A stretch of DNA of 64,000 nucleotides from an uncultured delta proteobacterium (GCA_963706575.1 CAVPNL010000005.1:320001-384000), one strand, 5' to 3'; shown: positions 1 through 10,212, counted from the first letter of the stretch. A program made the numbers and translations. Notes: generated by a model from the sequence alone, not told the origin.

Positions 1-180
1 ACCGAAAGTATTATGAAAGTCCATAAACTTTTACAACACTGGACGGCCGGCCAGCATGGCGTCGCCACCTGGCATGGCGCCGGGCCGGTTATGGCCAACA
101 AGATTATGCTGCAACGGGTGATTGACTACGAACGGGATAAAAAAATTGTAAGGCAAACATTAGATTTGAAAGAAATTTAG
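1..180 (+). CDS. 3' end of a 4-hydroxybutyryl-CoA dehydratase / HpaB-family flavoprotein (partial, runs off the window start)
   Basis: Frame 1 is open from 1 to TAG at 178-180: ...WHGAGPVMANKIMLQRVIDYERDKKIVRQTLDLKEI*. This resembles the family C-terminal motif HGAGS-x-AQRIM. Not in the ORF track. Confidence 0.55.
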   Translation, partial: TESIMKVHKLLQHWTAGQHGVATWHGAGPVMANKIMLQRVIDYERDKKIVRQTLDLKEI

Positions 181-327
181 CGTAATGAATATTGACTTCT
201 ACTTCGAGATGCTAATGTTTCCTGTATAATTGCCCAGCGAACCTGAATCTGGGCAAATTTTTCAACAGAATCATCGTCAACCCAAGTTTGAAACCATCAG
301 GATGCATCTCAATGAAGGGAGGCCGTC

Positions 328-531
328 ATGTCCGTCGCTAAAATTACCGAAATCTCAGCTACCTCAAAAGAAAGTTTTGATGATGCCTTGAACGCCGGCG
401 TTGCGCGGGCCAACAAAACATTAAAAAATGTTAAGAGCGTCTGGGTTAAAGATCAACAGGTCGATGTTGAAAACGGAAAGATCTCCGAGTACAAGGTGCT
501 TTTGAAAGTGACTTTTGTGCTCGAAGACTAG
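328..531 (+). CDS. Dodecin family flavin-binding protein
   Basis: 67 aa, MSVAKITEISATSKESFDDA...A.KTL...EYKV.LKVTFVLED is the typical dodecin pattern; GGAGG RBS. Confidence 0.9.
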   Translation: MSVAKITEISATSKESFDDALNAGVARANKTLKNVKSVWVKDQQVDVENGKISEYKVLLKVTFVLED

Positions 532-575
532 AAGCCGTCAATTTTTTAAGATCCGTCAAACTATCCAACAAAAAC

Positions 576-609
576 AAAAGGAATCCACCTCAAGGGGATT
601 CCTTTTTTT
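576..609 (+). terminator. Intrinsic terminator after dodecin
   Basis: AAAAGGAATCC-9 nt-GGATTCCTTTT stem followed by a T tract. Confidence 0.7.
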
Positions 610-807
610 ATTCTATACAGTGGCAATTGAAAAGCGGTGTGTCAAGTATGCTGAAGATGTATCATCCAGCCAAGGGTCTGACCCTGCTTATTTATAGATA
701 ATAGTGTATTTTAGATATTGTCAGAACCAATCAAAAACGGTACCAATATAAACACCCAAATCGCGCCGGCGCGCAATTTAACCATCTTGATCAGAAAGGA
801 AAACGAA

Positions 808-1833
808 TTGGCAATTCCTGGCAATTTATTGACAACCGCCATGGCGGTTATGCCCCATACCGATGTCGAGCGCGCACTTGAAATGGCGTTATCGCTGGAT
901 GTGCCTTTCTGGCCTCAGCTGCCCAACACCAGTTACTATGAAGATATGTATGTACAGGCGGCCGAGCATTTTCCGGGCATTTTGCTGGATATGGAAAAGC
1001 GGACCCTGAGGTTTTCGCTGGAAAAATTTATCGACGAATTTGAAGACACCATGGCCCATTTTGAAGAGCCGCAATACTTTGACATCAGTGAGACCTATTC
1101 GGTTGTCTATCACCGCTTTTTATCGATGGCGCTGGCGGATCGCCCGGCGATTCGGGGCCAGCTCGAAGGCCCGATCAGTTTCGGGTTCAATATTCTGGAT
1201 CAAGATGAACGCCCGATTCTGTTTGACGATACGGTGCGGCCCTTTATGCTGGAGTTTTTAGCCCGGCGGGTAAATGTCCAGCTGCAGCGCCTTAAAACCC
1301 TCAACGAAAATGCCTTTATGTTTATTGACGAACCCGGCCTGCAGTTTCTTTTTTCGGCCATGGCCGGCTATGGGGATGTGAAAGCCAAAACAGATCTGGA
1401 TCTGTTTTTTTCGATGGTCGACAGACCGCGCGGTATTCATCTCTGCGGTAATCCGGATTGGGATTTTCTGCTGGGGTTGGATCTGGATGTCCTGTCGATG
1501 GATATCTACACCAACGCTGAAATATTCTCCTCCTATGCTTCGTCAATTAAGCGTTTTATTGAAAGGGGCGGCGTGCTGGTCTGGGGAATTGTGCCGACCG
1601 GGACGGAATTTTTTGAAAAAGAAAACATCGACTCATTGATTGCCCAGATGGAGGGTGTCTGGCAAATCCTGGGCAAAAAAGGCATCGATATGGAGCACCT
1701 GCTGGCCCGCAGCCAGCTTTCTCCGGCCACTTGCTGTCTGGTCAATCCGGACAAGGAAAAAACGGTTGAAAAGGCATTTGCGTTAATTAATCATTTATCA
1801 CAGGTGTTGAAGGAAAAATATAATCTCATTTGA
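808..1833 (+). CDS. Core-MetE-like (single-barrel, folate-independent) methionine synthase family protein
   Basis: Motifs PFWPQLP, FIDEPGL, Zn-ligand-like GIHLCG and C-terminal SPATCC; no N-terminal folate barrel. TTG 808 follows AAGGA; the ORF track starts at 718. Confidence 0.6.
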   Translation: MAIPGNLLTTAMAVMPHTDVERALEMALSLDVPFWPQLPNTSYYEDMYVQAAEHFPGILLDMEKRTLRFSLEKFIDEFEDTMAHFEEPQYFDISETYSVVYHRFLSMALADRPAIRGQLEGPISFGFNILDQDERPILFDDTVRPFMLEFLARRVNVQLQRLKTLNENAFMFIDEPGLQFLFSAMAGYGDVKAKTDLDLFFSMVDRPRGIHLCGNPDWDFLLGLDLDVLSMDIYTNAEIFSSYASSIKRFIERGGVLVWGIVPTGTEFFEKENIDSLIAQMEGVWQILGKKGIDMEHLLARSQLSPATCCLVNPDKEKTVEKAFALINHLSQVLKEKYNLI

Positions 1834-1841
1834 AGTGGGTT

Positions 1842-2007
1842 TTATTGATGTGCCCTAAAAATAAGTTTAAAAATGACCGTCACTCCCGCGCAGGCGGGAG
1901 TCCAGTTCAAAGACCTCTGGATTCCCGCCTGCGCGGGAATGACAAATGGGTAGCACGCCTCAGTACTTATTAATATTTTAGACAATATTTCAGGGACACA
2001 AAACTAG
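1842..2007. repeat. REP/dRS3-like double palindrome inside an imperfect terminal inverted repeat (MITE-like)
   Basis: 1879-1905 GTCACTCCCGCGCAGGCGGGAGTCCAG pairs with 1917-1943 CTGGATTCCCGCCTGCGCGGGAATGAC. Outer arms are TGTGCCCTAAAAATA and TATTTCAGGGACACAAAACTAG. Confidence 0.7.
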
Positions 2008-2067
2008 TACATAGGAAGCATGGTAGAGAAAAAAGCAGATGATGCGCCGCCATTCAGGAGTAATACT

Positions 2068-3310
2068 ATGAAGGCCTTAACGCGTGAAGATTTTCAGAAA
2101 CTTGACCACGACGATCCTCTGGCTGGTTTCCGGGAGGAATTTTTTATCCCGCCAGATGTGATCTATATGGACGGCAACTCCTTGGGGGCCATGCCAAAGG
2201 CCGCCGCCCGGCGCGTGGGCCAGGTGACAGAACGGGAATGGGGGGTTGACCTTATCAAAAGTTGGAATACCGCCGACTGGTTTACTGCCCCGCAGCGCGT
2301 TGGGGACAAAATCGCCAAAATCATCGGTGCGGACTTGGGTGAAGTCGTCGCAACGGATTCAACGAGCATCAACCTTTTCAAAGTGCTGGCTGCTGCGCTG
2401 ATGATCAATTCTGATCGGTCCGTGATCGTCATGGAGGGCAGCAATTTTCCCACCGACAATTACATTGCCCAGGGCCTGATCGAATTTCTGGGGCGGCAGC
2501 ACCGGATCCGGTTTGTGGAAAAAGACGGCGTGATGGACGCGCTTGATGAACGGGTGGCGGTCGTATCTCTGACCGACGTACATTACAAAACCGGACACCG
2601 GCTGGATATGGATGCCATTACCGCCAGGGCTCATCAACATGGCGTACTGACCGTCTGGGACCTGTGCCATAGTGCCGGTGCCGTTCCCGTTGACCTGAAC
2701 GGTTCCGGTGCCGACTTCGCAGTGGGATGCGGCTATAAGTATCTTAACGGGGGTCCGGGGGCCCCGGCTTTTCTTTTTGTGGCCAGACGGCACCAGGACC
2801 AAGTGAGGCAGCCGCTGACGGGCTGGTGGAGCCACAGCGCGCCCTTTGGCTTCACCAGAGATTATGAAAGCACTGAAGGTATCAGCCGCATGCTGTGCGG
2901 CACGCAGCCGATTATCAGCCTCTGTGCGCTGGAGGTGGGGGTGGATATCATGGTAGAGCGCAGACCTTTACAAAATTAGAGAAAAGTCCAAAAAAATGGG
3001 CGACCTGTTCATCGCCCTGACTGAGCAGAAGTGCGCTGAATACGGCTTTGGCATCGCCAGCCCCCGCAAGGCAGACACGCGCGGCAGTCAGGTCTCCTTG
3101 GTGCACCCGAACGGTTATGCCATCATGCAGGCCCTGATCGAACGGGGTGTGATCGGTGATTTTCGCGCCCCGGATATCCTGCGCTTTGGTTTCACGCCGC
3201 TTTACCTCAGATATGTGGATGTGTGGGATGCCATGGATATTCTGGCGGATATCATGGCCAATGAGATCTGGCAGGATCCCAAATACCAGGTCCGGGCGGC
3301 AGTAACCTGA
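2068..3310 (+). CDS. kynU: Kynureninase (one frameshift near 2959)
   Basis: YMDGNSLG, WDLCHSAG, PLP-lysine motif CGYKYLNGGPG, RGSQVS, GDFRAPDILRFG. ORFs 2020-2979 and 2996-3310 join if one base near 2959 is removed. ATG 2068 follows AGGAG. Confidence 0.85.
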
Positions 3311-3434
3311 CCTGCAGGTAAGGATTATAATAAAGAGAGAAAAATTTGTGAAAGCGCCGGCCTGACGCCGGTCAAAGGGCCGCCTTCGCTTAATAACCGT
3401 TATGTTACCGAAGATATTCCATTAACTAAATCTT

Positions 3435-4295
3435 TCATACCCCGTGGCTGCGCGGATAGGCTGACGGCTCGGGGGGCACCCAATCCACGAGCGCCTTCGG
3501 GTCGGGGCGGTAAATCTCGACCTTCAACGGGTAACAGGCCGCCGCGTCGCTGGAATGCTCGCTGCTGCAATCACCGCCGGGGCAGGCCGACAGCGCAGCC
3601 AGCAGGTCGATCTCGGCAAAAAATTCGATATAATCGCCGGGGCGCGCCGGGCTTGCCTTCATGAAATACAGATGCGTGTCAAGGGTGAAACCCGTGCACA
3701 TGAAGACGTTGAGCACATCATGCACATGTGTTTCGGCCTCATGCGGCGGTAGCCCGGTTTCAGAGGCCAGGGCGCGGGTCAGGTTCGAATGGCAGCAATG
3801 GTGATAATCCTGCCCGCTCAGCAACCGGTTGGTATAGGGATCGCAGCGCGTGCCGATCACGTCATGCACCCCGCCGCCATAAGCATCGAAACCATACCAA
3901 TCGAGTGAGTCATAGGTGATCGTCGCCATCGGTCGCATATAAGGAAAACTGCTCCACATGCGGTCACCGGTACTCAGGTGGGTACCATGCATCGCACGGG
4001 TCTTACCGCTGTAGAAGCGTTCTGACAGGTCATCCGCCGACCAGAGATTTAAATCGCCCACCTGTGGGCCGTCAACGCTGACGATCCGGAAAAAATTTCC
4101 TGAAGGAACCCGAAAGGTTCTGGCATCACGCGGCGGCACGATCAGTTCATCCGTCAATTCCATCGTTTTGCGTGCGGCGGCATAGGTGGCCATGTCCGGT
4201 GCGGGCAGGGTATCGATTGTGTAGACGGTTACAGGCTTGATCGCCCTGCGGGCGTCGGCATCGGCTGGAGCTTGGCTTTGGGCAGTGCGTTTCAT
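3435..4295 (-). CDS. DUF1989 / urea carboxylase-associated family protein
   Basis: GPQVGDLNLW, HDVIGTRCDPY, CCHSNL, VHDVLNVFMCTG and ALSACPGGDC motifs; start trimmed to MKRTAQ. Confidence 0.8.
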   Translation of the reverse strand: MKRTAQSQAPADADARRAIKPVTVYTIDTLPAPDMATYAAARKTMELTDELIVPPRDARTFRVPSGNFFRIVSVDGPQVGDLNLWSADDLSERFYSGKTRAMHGTHLSTGDRMWSSFPYMRPMATITYDSLDWYGFDAYGGGVHDVIGTRCDPYTNRLLSGQDYHHCCHSNLTRALASETGLPPHEAETHVHDVLNVFMCTGFTLDTHLYFMKASPARPGDYIEFFAEIDLLAALSACPGGDCSSEHSSDAAACYPLKVEIYRPDPKALVDWVPPEPSAYPRSHGV

Positions 4296-4644
4296 GGGTG
4301 GTCTTTCAGTAAAGGTTCGTGTAACTATTTTAGGCAGATGCGGGCTTAGCCACCTGGATTGCATAGAGGCGCGGCCATGAAAAAGCTCCGAATATCCACC
4401 AAAGCATTTTACACAGCGGCCACGAGTTCCTTTATCACCGGCATATATAATGGTCAAGCAAGAATGACCACCCAGGTTAAGCTGTATTGGAGTTTTAATT
4501 TTATTGCATCCAAAATCTAAAATCATAAATCTACAAATTTTCTAAGAATTAACAATTTGACCGTAGCCTGCATGTTCGGGTATTAATATGATAATTATCA
4601 TACCGAGCGCATGAATATTCACTATGAATGTTGATGGTATATTC

Positions 4645-4793
4645 GAAGTGGTTTCAAAATTCCAGATCAGGTTTCCAGCGGCAAGACGCAGGCCGATTGG
4701 GACAGCGCAGCATACATGGGTATGTGAGCAATTACAGGAGGTCTGCAATCCCGGCCATTGGGCCGTGAGATGGGGTTTTGATACCACTTCTAG
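4645..4793. mobile_element. Non-autonomous miniature inverted-repeat element (~150 bp)
   Basis: TIR GAAGTGGTTTCAAAA (4645-4659) matches the reverse complement of TTTTGATACCACTTC (4776-4790) at 14/15. The right end is CTAG, with an internal CATACATGGGTATG hairpin and no transposase. Confidence 0.65.
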
Positions 4794-4818
4794 AATATAT
4801 ACCATGGAACGGAGGCTT

Positions 4819-6096
4819 ATGAGTGAAGAAAAGCTTGAAAAGGCATTGCGCTATCGATGGCTGATTTTCTGGATTCTTGCATTCAGCTATATACTGGTCT
4901 ACTTTCACCGCCTTTGCCCCGCTGTGGTGGCCGAAGACATGAGAAGGGATCTGGCTACTGGAGGCGGGCTTTTGGGTCTTTTAGGATCCGCCTATTTTTA
5001 TCCCTATGCCCTGATGCAGCTGCCTGCCGGCCTGCTTTCAGATTCCTGGGGGCCACGAAAGACGATTTCGCTTTTTTTCTGTGTGGCTTTTGCCGGTTCC
5101 GTAATCCTGGGTATGGCGCCAAATGTCTATACTGCCATTGTGGGTAGAACGCTTGTGGGTTTGGGAGTGGCCATGCTTTTTGCGCCGACCCTGAAAGTGC
5201 TGGCAGAGTGGTTTCGAGTGAAAGAATTTGCGATGATGACTGGAATCCTTATGGCGATGGGCGGGATCGGGTCTTACAGCGCAGCAACACCCCTTGCCTA
5301 TATCAGCAACTGGATCGGCTGGCGCCAGTCTTTTGTGTTGGTCGGAATTTTAACATTGGGATTGGCTGCACTGGTATGGGCCTTTGTGCGAGACCGGCCG
5401 GCTGACATGGGCTGGCCCTCTCCTTCAGACCCCTCAGGACCTGCCGGCGAGTCTGCCGGCCTGATGCAAGGGGTGAAAATGGTCCTTATTCACCCGCGTT
5501 TCTGGGCTCTCGCATGCTGGTTCTTTTTTTCCTATGCGATATTTTTCTCCTTCATCGGCCTTTGGGGCGGTCCATTTCTGATACAGATCTACGACCTTAG
5601 CAAAACCAAGGCAGGCCATGTCCTTTCCATGTCGGCCATTGGCATGATTGCGGGTAGTCCCATTCTGAGCTATCTTTCCAACAATATTTTCAAGGCCCGA
5701 AAACCGATTCTGATTCTATCGAGTATCTTAACGGTGATCATCACAGGCAGCCTCTATATTTTTACCCAGAATATTCCAATTCCGCTACTCTACTTGATTT
5801 GCTTAGGAATCGGTATTTTTTTAGGCGCTGTCACAACCATCGGATTTACCACGAATAAAGAGCTGTTTCCGGTTTCGATTGCCGGCACAGCCACAGGATT
5901 GATCAACATTTTCCCCTTTCTCGGCGGAGCCATATTTCAGATCATATTGGGCGCTGTATTGGACAGTCAGGGAATTACCCCATCGGGAGGGTTTACCCTT
6001 CAGGGATTCAGGTACGCATTTCTGGTACTCTTTCTCTGTGGATGGGTAGCTTGTATCTTCAGCTTCCTTATTCAAGAAACCCTGAAGACAAGATAA
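4819..6096 (+). CDS. MFS transporter
   Basis: About 12 hydrophobic segments and motif A-like GLLSDSWGPRK. ATG 4819 follows GGAGG; the longer ORF start at 4624 runs through the MITE. Confidence 0.9.
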   Translation: MSEEKLEKALRYRWLIFWILAFSYILVYFHRLCPAVVAEDMRRDLATGGGLLGLLGSAYFYPYALMQLPAGLLSDSWGPRKTISLFFCVAFAGSVILGMAPNVYTAIVGRTLVGLGVAMLFAPTLKVLAEWFRVKEFAMMTGILMAMGGIGSYSAATPLAYISNWIGWRQSFVLVGILTLGLAALVWAFVRDRPADMGWPSPSDPSGPAGESAGLMQGVKMVLIHPRFWALACWFFFSYAIFFSFIGLWGGPFLIQIYDLSKTKAGHVLSMSAIGMIAGSPILSYLSNNIFKARKPILILSSILTVIITGSLYIFTQNIPIPLLYLICLGIGIFLGAVTTIGFTTNKELFPVSIAGTATGLINIFPFLGGAIFQIILGAVLDSQGITPSGGFTLQGFRYAFLVLFLCGWVACIFSFLIQETLKTR

Positions 6097-6269
6097 GGGT
6101 TTTATCCTTAAGTTTAATCTGACAGGTCGAACAAGATCTAGGTGAATTGATTGACCTTACAACGCCTTTGCTTATCCAAATTTAAAAATCTTTTAACACA
6201 TCTATGAATTTTTGAACGATTCATCAGTGATCAGTATTCAAAATTATCAAACTTTTAATAAGATAAGCT

Positions 6270-6395
6270 TCAATGATCACAGACGTTAGCACGGGTCATC
6301 AGCGTTTTATTTAGATAGCTACTGACGCGCTCTTCCGGTTTCAGTGTGGGGGCTCAGGAGACCACCTTGATGCCCTTTTCACCCTAAAGGTCAAC
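6270..6395 (-). pseudogene. C-terminal remnant of a NifB/NifX (FeMo-cofactor-binding / ORP-like) family gene
   Basis: The minus frame reads VDL*GEKGIKVVS*APTLKPEERVSSYLNKTLMTRANVCDH*. This matches the family tail GI.VV.GAP...PE..V..YL...L..G.N.CDH but has two internal stops. Confidence 0.6.
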
Positions 6396-6540
6396 AGTTC
6401 CGGTGTTTGATAGTTTACATAAAGTGTTGCCTCAAACTCTATTTCTGATTATAAATAATTCAGAGAAAAGACATTCAGGTAATAATTAAGCGGTTGGATA
6501 TCGTAATGTATCGACCACAACAACCAATGAGGATTCAGTA

Positions 6541-8107
6541 ATGGCCACTTCTTCGCCTTGGAAAATCGTCCTGATTGATGACGAAAAAGATATCCGGGAA
6601 GTAATGGCCATTGCCCTTCAGGACGCCGGCTACACGGTTGATATTGCAGCTGACGGTGCCACAGGCCTTAAGCTCTGTGAAGACAGCTCCCCCCAGATCG
6701 TGATCACCGATATTCGTATGCCGGGCATGGACGGCCTCCAGGTGCTGGAAACCATTAAAAAGAAATATCCGGATATTGAAGTTATTGTCGCCACCGCTTT
6801 TGGTGAGATAGACCTTGCTATCCGTGCCCTCCAGCTAGACGCTTCAGACTTTATTACCAAACCGATCAGCGATGAGGCTCTGTATCTTGCTTTGAATCGA
6901 GCCAGGGAGCGATTTAATTCCAGAAAGCAACTCAAGGATTACACGGCCCTTTTGGAAAAGGAAAAAGCAGAAACCAGTCAGGAACTTCTAAAGAGCATTG
7001 CCTTTCAAAGAAATCTGATTGATAGCTCGATGGATGGTATCCTGGGCTGCGATGACAACGATACAGTGGTAACCTACAATCAGAGTATGGAACAGATACT
7101 GGGTTATGCAAAGACAGAAGTTCTTCATAAAATGACCATTAAGCAATTTTTCCCTGCAGGGAAACTGGCGCACTTTAAGGCAGAATTGTCCAGTGATACC
7201 TATGGTGGAGAAAACCGGTTGATTCTTTATGAAACGAGTCTACTGGAGAAATCCGGACATGAAATACCGGTTCAGGTTTCGGCCAACCTGCTGTTTGAGC
7301 AGGGGCGTGCAAAACGGACTGGTCTGCTTTTTCAGGGATCTGCGCAAAATTCGCAAACTCGAACGGGAAGTTTCGGATCAAGCCCGCATCCTTCACCAGG
7401 ACAAAATGATGTCTCTGGGAAGACTGGCCGCCAGCGTCGTCCATGAAATAAACAACCCGTTGTCCGGAATTCTAAATTATCTTCGCCTGATGAGCCGAAT
7501 TTTGGGTAAAGGTTCTTTGTCAGAGAATCATAAAGAAAAATTCCAACGCTACTTGGACTTGGTAGAGAATGAAACCCATCGCTGTTCCCAGATCGTTTCC
7601 GGCCTGCTCAGTTTTTCTCGCATGTCGCCACCGTCTTTTGGACAGGTCCAAATCGATGAACTTCTGCAACGATGTATCCTCTTAAGCCAGCATAAACTGG
7701 AATTGAGTAACATTCGACTCGAATCCAGTGTCCAATCGAATCTGCCGCCGGTTACTGGAGATTTCAATCAGCTTCAGCAGTGTGTGATTAACCTTATTTT
7801 TAATGCCATCGATGCCATGCCAGACGGTGGAACTCTTGAATTAAGTTGTCGCTACGATACAGATCGAGATGTGGTGATTGTCAGGGTAAAAGACTCGGGT
7901 TGCGGGATTCCCAGGGAGGATCTGGCGCACATCTTCGAGCCATTTTACACCACCAAAAAAGAAGGCTATGGGGTGGGACTCGGTCTTTCCACTGTTTACG
8001 GGATTATGGAGCAACACCATGGCAGCGTTAATGTTGAGAGCCGGTCAGGAGCGGGGACTGCAATTATGCTCGAATTGCCCGTTTGCGATTCGAATAAAGG
8101 CGGATGA
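6541..8107 (+). CDS. Hybrid REC-PAS-histidine kinase (frameshift at GGGG 7302-7305)
   Basis: N-terminal receiver (IDDE, TDIRMP, TKP), PAS, H-box VVHEINNPL, and N/G/F boxes in the second frame. Confidence 0.85.
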
Positions 8108-8195
8108 AAAAATTGCTTAATTATTTTGATAACCGATACAAAACCCGCTCGTTAAAAACGGTTATTTCTGAATTTTTAGACAACCATCAATAACA

Positions 8196-9935
8196 ATGGA
8201 AGCTACCATCAAACAATTCGGCGACAGCATCTCCTGCGAACATTGGCTGCAAATTCTGGATGAATTAAATATTGGTGCATTCACGGTCGATGAGAAACGA
8301 CATGTCTCAGCCATGAATTTCAGCGCCCAAGCTTTGATCGGGCAAAAAGACACTGAAGCAATTGGCAAGGACTGTCGGGAAGTATTTGTGGGGGTTCCGT
8401 GTTTTGCGAAATGCCCCTTTAAAACCCCTGAAGACCTGATTACCGATGAGCCCGTCATCCAGATCGAGGATGAAGATCAAACCACCCACTTCGTGACCCG
8501 GATGGCCGCGCCTGTTTTTGGATCCGATCACCAGGTCGTCGGATGTATGACGATCTTGCAGGATCATTCTCCGATTGCCGACCTCATTGACCGAATTCAT
8601 TATGAAGAACGCAGCTTAAAGATAATCCTTGATAACTTAGATGTCGGGATCTTCACTGTCGATAAGGGGGGACGCGTAACATTTTTTAACACAGCGGCTG
8701 AAAAGATCTCGGGTTTTAATCGGCGCAAAATATTGGGCGAATCGTGTTCAATCATTTTTGGAGAGGAAAAAGCCCAGGAAGTTTGTTCAATGCAAGATAC
8801 GATCGTCAATGGCCAACCGCGCAGCAGCCGACAGGGCAAAATAATAACACGTGACGGAGGGTCCATCCCCATTCGAGCCGACTACATGGCGCTTCGAAAT
8901 GAAAAAGGAATTATTGTCGGCGGGTTGACGACCTTTCATGATCTCACCCTGGTGCAGCAACTTAAACAGGCCATGCGGGACCGCTACACCTTCCATGATA
9001 TGATCGGCAAGAGCCCGGCAATGCAGAAAATTTTCGAGATGATCAATGTGGTGGCCACCACGGATGCCACCATTTTGATTGAAGGCGCGACCGGAACCGG
9101 AAAAGACCTGTTGGCGAAAGTGATACATTCCGCCAGTCGAAGATTTGAGCAGCCATTTGTCAAAGTGAACTGTGCCGCAATTCCGGACAACTTGCTCGAA
9201 TCGGAAATGTTTGGTTATGTGAAAGGCGCGTTTACCGGCGCCGAAAGAGACAAAACCGGGCGTTTTCAGGAGGCTGATGGCGGAACCATTTTTCTAGATG
9301 AAATCGGGGATCTGCCGCTTGGCTTGCAAGCCAAACTTCTGCGGGTTCTGGAAGATAAGGAATTCTATCGTTTGGGAAGTCGACACACGGTTAAAGTCAA
9401 CGTTCGTATTATCTCCGCATCGAATCGTAATTTAGAAAACCTCGTTGCAAAACGACTTTTCAGAGAGGATCTTTTTTATCGGTTGAATCTATTTCAAATT
9501 GAACTCCCAGAGCTCAAAGACCGCAAGGTGGACCTTCCTATTCTTATCGGGCATATTTTGAGACGCCTGAGCGCTGCCAGCGGCAGCCGGCTGCCGGAAG
9601 TCTCTGAAAAAGTGATGGAGATTTTGCTCAATTATGACTATCCGGGCAATGTCAGAGAACTCGAAAATATTCTCGAACATGCCCTGATTATCTGTCAGGA
9701 AGAGACCATCCAGACGCGACATCTGCCTGAATATCTGCGGGTCGGCCGCGCCATCCGCAAGCCCTCTGCCAGAAGAAGCATTAGACCGTTACAGGTCTCA
9801 GATGACGAGGAACGCGATAAAATTATTTCTGCGTTGCAACAACACAACGGGCATCGCGCCAAGACGGCCAGGGCTTTAGGCATGGACCGCACTACTCTAT
9901 GGCGTAAGATCAAAAACTATGGAATCAATCCGTGA
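8196..9935 (+). CDS. PAS-PAS sigma-54-dependent transcriptional activator (OrpR-like)
   Basis: Walker A GATGTGKD, GAFTGA, FLDEIG and Fis-type HTH. The first PAS carries C-x8-C-x3-C (8373-8414). Confidence 0.9.
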   Translation: MEATIKQFGDSISCEHWLQILDELNIGAFTVDEKRHVSAMNFSAQALIGQKDTEAIGKDCREVFVGVPCFAKCPFKTPEDLITDEPVIQIEDEDQTTHFVTRMAAPVFGSDHQVVGCMTILQDHSPIADLIDRIHYEERSLKIILDNLDVGIFTVDKGGRVTFFNTAAEKISGFNRRKILGESCSIIFGEEKAQEVCSMQDTIVNGQPRSSRQGKIITRDGGSIPIRADYMALRNEKGIIVGGLTTFHDLTLVQQLKQAMRDRYTFHDMIGKSPAMQKIFEMINVVATTDATILIEGATGTGKDLLAKVIHSASRRFEQPFVKVNCAAIPDNLLESEMFGYVKGAFTGAERDKTGRFQEADGGTIFLDEIGDLPLGLQAKLLRVLEDKEFYRLGSRHTVKVNVRIISASNRNLENLVAKRLFREDLFYRLNLFQIELPELKDRKVDLPILIGHILRRLSAASGSRLPEVSEKVMEILLNYDYPGNVRELENILEHALIICQEETIQTRHLPEYLRVGRAIRKPSARRSIRPLQVSDDEERDKIISALQQHNGHRAKTARALGMDRTTLWRKIKNYGINP

Positions 9936-9953
9936 TCTGAATGTTCTGGGAAC

Positions 9954-10083
9954 GTTGCACAATTGCTTGCAACATTGTTTTGCAACATAATCAAACTCAC
10001 CTCTGCACTCTTTATTCTAACCTATTATAATTTAATCATAATTCTGTAAAATTGGCTTTGAAATGTTGCATTATTCTGCAACA
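9954..10083. promoter_or_regulatory. Candidate enhancer sites for the adjacent sigma-54 activator
   Basis: Palindrome TGTTGCA-N6-TGCAACA at 10064-10083; further GTTGCA/TTGCAACA half-sites at 9954-9987. Confidence 0.6.
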
Positions 10084-10172
10084 GCATGATCTCTTCCGTA
10101 TGCCCAATGGATTCCCTCGATTTATCCCTAACTAATCTGTAATCATATATAAATTTTTAAATACCACCCTTC

Positions 10173-10188
10173 TGGCATATTCTATGCT
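10173..10188 (+). promoter_or_regulatory. Sigma-54 -24/-12 promoter of the Hdr cluster
   Basis: TGGCATATTCTATGCT (GG-N10-GC) upstream of 10213. Confidence 0.75.
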
Positions 10189-10212
10189 CTTTATCCAGAC
10201 AACAGGTGCAAC

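Noticed and set aside
515..697. 60-aa ORF after dodecin
   Set aside because: It overlaps the terminator hairpin and has no RBS or recognisable motif.
3345..3410. Possible integron attC site ending GTTATGT
   Set aside because: No matching RYYYAAC inverse core or convincing bottom-strand hairpin, and no integrase.
4296..4818. Long N-terminal extensions of the DUF1989 (to 4526) and MFS (from 4624) ORFs, and ORF 4542-4805
   Set aside because: They run through AT-rich intergenic DNA and the MITE; downstream ATGs fit the family start or have a better RBS.
6354..6356. In-frame TGA in the NifX-like relic as selenocysteine
   Set aside because: It aligns to a Gly position (GGA>TGA), and a TAG lies ten codons upstream, so this is decay rather than recoding.
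7302..7305. Programmed ribosomal frameshifting at the split genes
   Set aside because: No shared slippery heptamer or stimulatory structure; scattered small indels fit sequencing error better.
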